Shown piece by piece: positions 57,502 through 64,000 of a stretch of DNA of 64,000 nt. The notes beneath the pieces were generated by a model. The model was given only the letters and a program-made list of their open reading frames with translations. It was not told the DNA's origin and did not search any database. This DNA is from a virus (lineage: Duplodnaviria > Caudoviricetes): positions 70,924 through 134,923 of IMG/VR virus record IMGVR_UViG_3300028914_000062. One strand, given 5' to 3'. The translations under genes and the position numbers were made by a program. How positions within the stretch are numbered: position 1 is the stretch's first letter; the number at the start of each line of letters is the position of its first letter.

Positions 57502-59658
57502 ATGAACTACGAAACTCTCAAAGCTTTATCCAACAGGTATGTCCGCGAAGATTATATCTACACCGAAAACGTGACCCGTGTAATCAAAGTATATAAAGAT
57601 AAGAAAATTGACTTGATTACGGGCCGCCCTTACTGCGGCGCTCTTATTCCTGGACAGACGGTTGTCGCCAAAACGGCGGGTGTTCCTTCCAATCATTTAC
57701 GATTCACAACCCTCGAATGGAAAGAGTCTGATAAAATCTTAATATGCGCTTCCTACGATGCATATTATGACAGCCAATCCAGCACTTATCATAGACAACT
57801 TATGGAATTGGTTGCCTTCGATGTCCGAAACAAATCTATTACCAGTTGCTATAGTTCTACGTTCGTAATGGAAAATAACGCAGAGATTAGCAAACGCAAA
57901 GATTGGAAAAACTGGATGTGGGACTATCATTATAGACTTCTTTTATCTGATGAAGATAAGGCTCGAATTTGTTCTAAGCTTTTTGATGAGCACAAAATTT
58001 TATCCAGCTTGCCCATGGCGTCCGGATATCCCGCGAGTTGGAGATGGGTGGATGTCAACATTCTTGCAGACGTATTTTTGTCTCATAGAGTTGGCCGCGC
58101 ATTACCAAAAGCCTTGCAAAAATACGAAGAAGCATTAACCGCTTCGCGTGATCTTGGTGAAGATCCTTATTCATGGCACGCTTTTAAGACAGAGCACGGT
58201 CCTCTTTTGGTTGGGGTTGATAAATGGGCCAAAACCAAAACTTATAAGTTGCTGTTCGCAGCAGATAAAGCTATCGCGGTTAGTGAAGTAGGGGGCGCCC
58301 TTAAGGTTTTGCGCAACAAAAATGAACACGAAGGAGCGGGTCTCACTTTTACAGCATCCAAAGAAATGCTAGAAGTTTTTAAAGGTACCAAATATGAAAA
58401 AATAATAGCAAAACCTTGGATGATGGAAATTCACAACCCTTTGGGAGTATTACTATCTTCTGATATGTTCGCAATTGAACATTTAATGGACACAGAGCCT
58501 TATTTTAAGCATATTTATGTTAAAGGATTCAAAAACAATTATGTGCCCACGAAATTAGAAGAAGTATTCGGTCCTACCAAAAGCAAGACTTCTTTCTTTG
58601 AAAGTTTGGGAATTAATAAAATGCAATGGTCTATGTATCTGCAGTTTATTAAACTATGCTGTAATAAAGTAGAAGAAGTTTTCGCCGCCCATGGGGTCCA
58701 AACACTAGATATTGGTTATAGCTTGTTTACATCTCGCATTCGGGAAGCCTTCTTTGATTGGAACTCCAAAAAAGCAAACATAGATTGGTTAAAAATACCT
58801 TTCCAAGCAATTAAAGCCCTAAAAGAGATTTTGGGACAAGATTCTATTGCGCATTTGGACAATAAGTCTTTTCAAATCTATTTAGATATGATTTATAAAA
58901 CTATGTATTTTCATCCCGGAGTCGACAGCCCTGTTTCTTGGAATCGTAGACTACCTTGTATTGAAGGTTTTCCTTGGTTCTGGGGAGGCAATGCTACAGA
59001 AAAGCTGGTAATTTGGGGCCGAGCCTTAAAAGAACATTGTTCTGTGTTCCCCGCTATGCAGCACGCTTCCGAACACTGGTTAAACGCAGATACTTTAAGA
59101 TATGCCGGTAATATAGTAGATACGTGTATAGACTACTACCGCTTAGTTGATACTATCAAACTTCTTAATCCTGAATTTGAATATTTAACCAAATTTAAAG
59201 ACGTCCCTGAGATCAACAGAGAACACGATCGTCTTGTTGCCATTGTCAACGCTTCAAAAGATAAATTATCTGAAGCTCAGTTTGATTCTTTAAAACGCAA
59301 ATGGAACAAATGGTTGTACGAAGACGAAGAATTTCAAATCGTGGCTCCCAATAAAGCATCTGATGTGCGTATAGAAGGACAAAATTTGGGACACTGCGTA
59401 GGAGGATATGTCAACAGAATAACTTCTGGTCAAACCAACATCCTCTTCCTTCGTAAGAAGAAAGATCCCAACGCCTCCTTCTATACCATAGAAGTAACCA
59501 ATGATGGGTATATTGTTCAGGTACATGGGAAAGGAAATAGGTGGCCCGCAACTAATCCAGAAGTTATTCCTTTTCTTGATGCTTGGGTAAAAGAAAAGAA
59601 ACTGGCCAATTGGGGCTCCATCAGAAATGTCAACAGTATGCACTACGGTAGAGTATAA
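57502..59658 (+). CDS. PcfJ-domain protein, paralog 4 (718 aa)
   Basis: EGQNLGHCVGGY..ILFLRKK..FYTIE..QVHG.GN. Confidence 0.85.
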   Translation: MNYETLKALSNRYVREDYIYTENVTRVIKVYKDKKIDLITGRPYCGALIPGQTVVAKTAGVPSNHLRFTTLEWKESDKILICASYDAYYDSQSSTYHRQLMELVAFDVRNKSITSCYSSTFVMENNAEISKRKDWKNWMWDYHYRLLLSDEDKARICSKLFDEHKILSSLPMASGYPASWRWVDVNILADVFLSHRVGRALPKALQKYEEALTASRDLGEDPYSWHAFKTEHGPLLVGVDKWAKTKTYKLLFAADKAIAVSEVGGALKVLRNKNEHEGAGLTFTASKEMLEVFKGTKYEKIIAKPWMMEIHNPLGVLLSSDMFAIEHLMDTEPYFKHIYVKGFKNNYVPTKLEEVFGPTKSKTSFFESLGINKMQWSMYLQFIKLCCNKVEEVFAAHGVQTLDIGYSLFTSRIREAFFDWNSKKANIDWLKIPFQAIKALKEILGQDSIAHLDNKSFQIYLDMIYKTMYFHPGVDSPVSWNRRLPCIEGFPWFWGGNATEKLVIWGRALKEHCSVFPAMQHASEHWLNADTLRYAGNIVDTCIDYYRLVDTIKLLNPEFEYLTKFKDVPEINREHDRLVAIVNASKDKLSEAQFDSLKRKWNKWLYEDEEFQIVAPNKASDVRIEGQNLGHCVGGYVNRITSGQTNILFLRKKKDPNASFYTIEVTNDGYIVQVHGKGNRWPATNPEVIPFLDAWVKEKKLANWGSIRNVNSMHYGRV

Positions 59659-59672
59659 TTAAAGGAGGAATA

Positions 59673-59699
59673 ATGATGAATTACATTCGAGGACCTTAG
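59673..59699 (+). CDS. Micro-ORF MMNYIRGP-TAG(TAA)
   Basis: AAGGAGG RBS. Confidence 0.55.
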   Translation: MMNYIRGP

Positions 59700-59721
59700 T
59701 AAAATATTTTGTAAAAAACAC

Positions 59722-59750
59722 TTGACAACCCAAAAATAATATGTTATAAT
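59722..59750 (+). promoter_or_regulatory. sigmaA promoter (no operator)
   Basis: TTGACA-17-TGnTATAAT. Confidence 0.8.
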
Positions 59751-59766
59751 AATGGAGGAAACAAAA

Positions 59767-60621
59767 ATGAACAAGAAAACCAACAACAGCATCACCATCA
59801 CCAGCGTTGCCACCGGCAAGACCACTCTCATCACCACCAAAACAAAAAAATCTAAGGAGGACAAAACTATGGGAGAAGTTCGTTTCACTGAGGCAGAGGT
59901 CCGTTCGCTTTCTGGTAAGGCCATCTTTAACAAGTATGGCAAATTGTCTAATGATGAAAAGGTTATCTTAACCTCGGATCAGAAGACGGTGTACTACACT
60001 TGGTATACTGACGAGGTCAACATCTCGCACGCCAATACCAAGTTGGGCCGCAAGATTTGGACAGTTGATATGCCCCCGATTATCACTTGTTGCAAAAATT
60101 GCCCCTGCGCCAAAGATTGCTACGCATGTAAGGGTAGACAGGCTCTTTGTAATTGCAAAGGCGCCTATTTGAGGAATTTGAGACTGTACAAAACTCACCG
60201 CGAAGAATTTGTTAAGTATATTCAGGGCAAGATTCAAAGATCCAAAGTTTTACAACACTTCAGGTGGTTCTCTGCTGGGGATATTGTGGATCCTGAATTT
60301 TTAGAATTTATGGTGGATACGGCAAAACAGTTCCCGAAGATTCGATTCTTGGCTTACACCAAGCAGTACGCAATTGTCAATACCTATTTAGATAAGCACA
60401 AAAAGCTTCCCACCAACCTGAATATTGTATTCAGTTATTGGGACAAAGAATGGCTTGTGCCGAACCCCTATCACCTGCCCACAAGCTATGTCGACTTCTA
60501 TGATAAGAGTCGCAATCCTAAATTACCCGAACAAGCAGTTCATTGCCCCGGTGGTTGCGAGACTTGCAAGGCTTGTTGGAATCTCAAGCCTGACGAGAGT
60601 ACTATTTTTCATCAGCACTAA
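59767..60621 (+). CDS. Gp88-like Cys-rich phage protein
   Basis: N.KLG, TC...CPC...CYA..G, FRWFSAGD, YTK, NLNIVFS and CPG.C..C..CW. Confidence 0.75.
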   Translation: MNKKTNNSITITSVATGKTTLITTKTKKSKEDKTMGEVRFTEAEVRSLSGKAIFNKYGKLSNDEKVILTSDQKTVYYTWYTDEVNISHANTKLGRKIWTVDMPPIITCCKNCPCAKDCYACKGRQALCNCKGAYLRNLRLYKTHREEFVKYIQGKIQRSKVLQHFRWFSAGDIVDPEFLEFMVDTAKQFPKIRFLAYTKQYAIVNTYLDKHKKLPTNLNIVFSYWDKEWLVPNPYHLPTSYVDFYDKSRNPKLPEQAVHCPGGCETCKACWNLKPDESTIFHQH

Positions 60622-60640
60622 TTTAAAGGAGGAATATATT

Positions 60641-60823
60641 ATGTCTATGGAAATTTATCTCAAGGAAATCTGTGGCAACAGCTATACCGAATTCGTTCGG
60701 AGGTTTGACGAGGGGAAAATTACGCTACGAGAAGCGTATATGACCCCCTACGAAGATGTGAAGGTCTATTTCGACAACGAATACGACCTGGAAGTAATAA
60801 CCCGATTCTATATCGGTGAATAA
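60641..60823 (+). CDS. Hypothetical protein (60 aa)
   Basis: AAGGAGG RBS before MSMEIY. Confidence 0.55.
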   Translation: MSMEIYLKEICGNSYTEFVRRFDEGKITLREAYMTPYEDVKVYFDNEYDLEVITRFYIGE

Positions 60824-60839
60824 TAAGGAGGATACCACT

Positions 60840-61481
60840 ATGAAAATGCAGTACAACCGTAACACCCGCGCTTTTGTTGGAGAGGACTCCATCGTCTACA
60901 GGATTTTTGATATCCGAGGGGACGAAATTTGCGACGATACAAAGCCCATTCCTTTGTATTCGATTGCTGTGCCCGATCTTCGCGTCGATCCGAATGACGA
61001 AGAACAGGTCGAACGTGCAGTCAGATTCTTCTCTGACAAAATTCAGAACTTCGGGTACGACTGCTCTGTTTGCCAGCACTGCACGAGAACTGGCGCTCTG
61101 TCAGGATGCCCGAAACAGGCGTCTGCTATTTACAAATCCCTTTCTGAAAGGGAAGATCCTGTAGAGGGTTGGAACGCCGAGCCCGTTGAATACATGAGCA
61201 ATATACAGGTGGGGGATCTTCTGGTACCTTTATTGGTTAGAGGATGGAACGTGCACACCTGTCCGTTATTTAGATTCAGATTCTGGACACAGGGAGCTCC
61301 GGACTTTATCCGATTTTTCAGAGCAACATGTTTCAGACTGAATGCACCGGACCAGTGGGGAATCATTGAGATACAAACCCTCAGCAAATACAAGGATAGG
61401 TTCGAGAATTTCTGGAAGGCTGTTTACGGAGACATCTTCCCATTATTCTGCGAAAGAAATGAAGACGAAGAAGACGAGTAA
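60840..61481 (+). CDS. Hypothetical protein with Cys motifs
   Basis: AAGGAGG RBS before MKMQYN. Confidence 0.65.
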   Translation: MKMQYNRNTRAFVGEDSIVYRIFDIRGDEICDDTKPIPLYSIAVPDLRVDPNDEEQVERAVRFFSDKIQNFGYDCSVCQHCTRTGALSGCPKQASAIYKSLSEREDPVEGWNAEPVEYMSNIQVGDLLVPLLVRGWNVHTCPLFRFRFWTQGAPDFIRFFRATCFRLNAPDQWGIIEIQTLSKYKDRFENFWKAVYGDIFPLFCERNEDEEDE

Positions 61482-61519
61482 CTCTCGTCTTCTTCTTTCT
61501 TAGAAAGGAGGTGATTATA

Positions 61520-61537
61520 ATGATTAGAGCTCCTTAA
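61520..61537 (+). CDS. Micro-ORF MIRAP-TAA
   Basis: AAAGGAGGTG RBS. Confidence 0.55.
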   Translation: MIRAP

Positions 61538-61786
61538 ATATTAATTTCCGGCGTCACCTAGTAATCTTTTAATTGCTTAACGGCAATTCGTGTCAAACCC
61601 CAAAGACACGTTAATAAAAATAAGCGAGGGAGTAGTATGTTGCAGTGTTAACTATAATATTTTTCTACCCCCCTACCCCCCTACCCCCCCCACCGGAGCC
61701 GCTTTCTTTTCTTCCCCCCGGCCTCCTCCTCGCCCTCCTCGCCCCCTTATCCTTCGCCCGATCCACAATTCCTCCCACCAAGACAA

Positions 61787-61817
61787 GAAAAAACCCCCGA
61801 TTTCTCGGGGGTTTTCC
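61787..61817. terminator. Terminator at convergence, possibly bidirectional
   Basis: AAAACCCCCGA/TCGGGGGTTTT stem with A/T tails. Confidence 0.75.
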
Positions 61818-61828
61818 CACTTGGACTC

Positions 61829-62146
61829 TTAAAAGTCCCACTCGTTGCGGATTTCGTTCCACCGCTCGTCCACCCACTTGCCGTTCGGCAACTTGAACTG
61901 CGGCTCGCCGTTGACTACTCTTTCGGCTAAAGGAGTAGTCCGCTTGATACGGCAGAGGTTTGCGAACTGCAACTTGCGGACGAAGGACAAGTCTTTCGGC
62001 TCGTTGGCGAACTTGACTTGGATTGCCTCCGCCTCCCACGAGCAGACGCCCGTATCGTCGATGAGGAACGAGCAATCGTCAATCTTGACGGTGCAACCGA
62101 GTTTTGCGAGTCTTTTGATGTTGGAGAGAGTTTCGAGATACGTCAT
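61829..62146 (-). CDS. Hypothetical protein
   Basis: RBS before MTYLET; own promoter. Confidence 0.6.
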   Translation of the reverse strand: MTYLETLSNIKRLAKLGCTVKIDDCSFLIDDTGVCSWEAEAIQVKFANEPKDLSFVRKLQFANLCRIKRTTPLAERVVNGEPQFKLPNGKWVDERWNEIRNEWDF

Positions 62147-62216
62147 ATTATTACCGCCTTTCTTCTCTCTTGCGAGAGCCGTCCGTTGTCGATGGACTTC
62201 GTTGTTTTGTGCCATC

Positions 62217-62257
62217 ATTATACTACTTTTTTCGCCGTTTGTCAAGCGATATTTCAC
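62217..62257 (-). promoter_or_regulatory. sigmaA promoter with operator GTGAAATATCGC
   Basis: TTGACA-17-TATAAT. Confidence 0.8.
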
Positions 62258-62308
62258 TTTTTTTGAAAAAAATTTTTGTGTTTCACCCGATCTATAAGAG
62301 CTGCTCTC

Positions 62309-62575
62309 TTATAATGTATTAGGATAAAGCCCAAAAAGAGCAAAGAGTTTAAGGACGTCCTCGACTTCTGCTTCATCCAATCCATAAGACTCTATCGGGT
62401 CGGTGATGCCGTCCACGAAATCGATTAAGGCGGTCTTTAAGGGGATCACCTTGCGATATTCTAGATCAAAGACCACGTCCACGTTGCCGATTGATTGAAT
62501 GGAAAACCAGCAATCCATCCCTGTCTTGCGAGCCAGTTTGCAAAGACCCTTGTACGCGTTGTCACTCATTCTCAT
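62309..62575 (-). CDS. Hypothetical protein (88 aa)
   Basis: AAGGAGG RBS. Confidence 0.65.
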   Translation of the reverse strand: MRMSDNAYKGLCKLARKTGMDCWFSIQSIGNVDVVFDLEYRKVIPLKTALIDFVDGITDPIESYGLDEAEVEDVLKLFALFGLYPNTL

Positions 62576-62605
62576 TGTTTTGTCCTCCTTAAAATTGATA
62601 CCATT

Positions 62606-62646
62606 ATTATATCACATCGCCGTCTACTTGTCAAGTGAAATATCAC
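62606..62646 (-). promoter_or_regulatory. sigmaA promoter with operator GTGATATTTCAC
   Basis: TTGACA-17-TGnTATAAT. Confidence 0.8.
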
Positions 62647-62800
62647 ATTTTTTTAAACTTTCTTATCTCTCAGCCAATCTATAAAAACTATCACTGTGGT
62701 GATACACCGGATCAAGGGAAAAGAAAAGCGCCCCGAGAGTGTCCAGTTCTCGGAGCGCCTTCCTTAAAGGAGAAACAATATGAACATTGACGCATGCATA

Positions 62801-63076
62801 TTAAGAGTGGAAGACATAATCGACGGCACGATCGATATTCTCCCAGGTGGAGAGGTCGGAGTCGTAATCATCTTCCAGGACTTCTACTATCCTGTCGAGT
62901 TGATCTTCATCTTCCCACATCATATCATGATTTTCCATCCAGTACTCAACGTCTTCTCTATCATACTTGCGGCGCTGAGCCCAATAGACATCGACCATGA
63001 ACTGTTCCTCGGTGCAGCCGAGCTCGTTTGCTGCTATGGCGATTGCCTTTTTTAAATCTTCGGGTTTTGGTAACAT
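62801..63076 (-). CDS. Acidic hypothetical protein (91 aa)
   Basis: AAGGAGG RBS before MLPKP. Confidence 0.6.
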   Translation of the reverse strand: MLPKPEDLKKAIAIAANELGCTEEQFMVDVYWAQRRKYDREDVEYWMENHDMMWEDEDQLDRIVEVLEDDYDSDLSTWENIDRAVDYVFHS

Positions 63077-63107
63077 GTGATGTACCTCCTTGATTGATTG
63101 TGGCATC

Positions 63108-63148
63108 ATTATACCATATGATTTTCGGTTTGTCAAGCGATATTTCAC
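63108..63148 (-). promoter_or_regulatory. sigmaA promoter with operator GTGAAATATCGC
   Basis: TTGACA-17-TGnTATAAT. Confidence 0.8.
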
Positions 63149-63206
63149 TTTTTTTCAAAAATATTTTGGATCCACTCCAATTGTAAATCAGCCAATCTAT
63201 AATTCA

Positions 63207-63243
63207 GCCAAAAGAAAAGAGAGGGCTTTTGCCCTCTCCCTCT
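63207..63243 (-). terminator. Intrinsic terminator
   Basis: GAGAGGGC/GCCCTCTC stem plus T-tract on the minus strand. Confidence 0.7.
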
Positions 63244-63947
63244 TATTCGTTCGCCCAGATATCCCCAGCGAATTCTTCCGCATCTTCGGTTCCCTCTACT
63301 GGGCTATTGTCTTCCAGTACCTTGCCGTTCTGTACGATAAGGTTGCCGCAGTTGTAGCCGATGTCCTCGTCAGCCCACGATATCTCGAACTTAACCTCGG
63401 GGTACATCTGGGACAGCTTATCGATAATCGTCAACGGACAATTCCATGCCGTATCAAATACGACATAATCGATATGCTCGTTGCCGTAGTTATAGGCATT
63501 CCATTTAGTACCCCAGTGAGTGATGCACCACTGATACCAAGTTGTTGAACCATACTCGATAAGATTGTGGATAGCCTTCTTACCATTTTCCAGTGTGACG
63601 CCCTTTTTAAGTAATTCCTTTACCTTCTCTTCGCTCAAGTTATCCTCGTAGCGACAGAAGTGTTGAGTGGCATTCAACTGGTCGACCATCTTGGTGAACT
63701 CTTTTTGTTCTACCTTGGGTAAACCATAATTCGGAGTCTTGGGGTTTACCATTGTAAGGTAAAGTTCGATGCTGTTGTCGGTGTCGCTGCCCTCGGTCAT
63801 GTTGAGGCTTTCGGGCATGGGACATATCTTATTGAAATCGATTGAACCGCCGCCAGCCTCGTCATCTTGGATGGATTTTAGGATTTTCTTGCAGGTCGGT
63901 ACATCCGTACCAAGGACAGAGAGTACATTGTGAATGTGATTTGGCAT
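63243..63947 (-). CDS. YubB/DUF1281-type ferredoxin-like domain protein (234 aa)
   Basis: MPNH..N.L, IDFN.I.PMP, WY.W...HWGTKWNA, FDTAW..P and WADED.G.NCG. Confidence 0.8.
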   Translation of the reverse strand: MPNHIHNVLSVLGTDVPTCKKILKSIQDDEAGGGSIDFNKICPMPESLNMTEGSDTDNSIELYLTMVNPKTPNYGLPKVEQKEFTKMVDQLNATQHFCRYEDNLSEEKVKELLKKGVTLENGKKAIHNLIEYGSTTWYQWCITHWGTKWNAYNYGNEHIDYVVFDTAWNCPLTIIDKLSQMYPEVKFEISWADEDIGYNCGNLIVQNGKVLEDNSPVEGTEDAEEFAGDIWANE

Positions 63948-64000
63948 TGTTGTTTCCTCCTTAATTTTGTTGTGGCAACATTATACCACACCTCGAGCCG

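Noticed and set aside
49562-59658. Diversity-generating retroelement targeting the PcfJ C-termini
   Set aside because: No reverse transcriptase in the window, and paralog differences are not adenine-specific TR/VR patterns
61590-62075. Pro/Gly-rich ORFs in the track
   Set aside because: Artefacts of the C-rich low-complexity tract; they span a terminator and lack an RBS

Overview
This 64 kb window is part of a large, SPbeta-like tailed phage genome, probably of a Bacillota/Clostridia host (AGGAGG ribosome-binding sites, sigmaA-type promoters). It appears to use genetic code 15 (TAG = Gln). The supplied ORF track is fragmented because it treats TAG as stop; joining same-frame fragments at TAG restores intact genes. 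The window has five parts. (i) 1-29.6 kb, minus strand: a TAG-recoded late/structural module with terminase subunits, portal, ferritin-like protein, GAF-type and LL-H-like holins, protease/scaffold, major capsid, neck, two tail-tube paralogs, RuvC-like resolvase, tyrosine recombinase and a >2100-aa protein with PD-(D/E)XK and DEDDh nuclease domains. (ii) 29.7-30.3 kb: divergent promoters and a possible origin. (iii) 30.4-37.8 kb, plus strand: a TAG-recoded operon with a HAD nucleotidase, a YonO-like single-subunit RNA polymerase and a beta-helix protein. (iv) 38-61.5 kb, plus strand: a TAG-free, early-type region with many small genes and four PcfJ-domain paralogs. Its intergenic spaces hold H-type pseudoknots, long RNase III-like hairpins, a covarying 5'-UTR structure and four RBS-equipped micro-ORFs ending IR(G/A)P-stop. 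(v) 61.8-64 kb, minus strand: TAG-free genes whose promoters share a palindromic operator with the RNAP and regulator promoters. No tRNA, CRISPR array or IS element was recognised. Product calls come from motif recognition and synteny by eye, without database searches.
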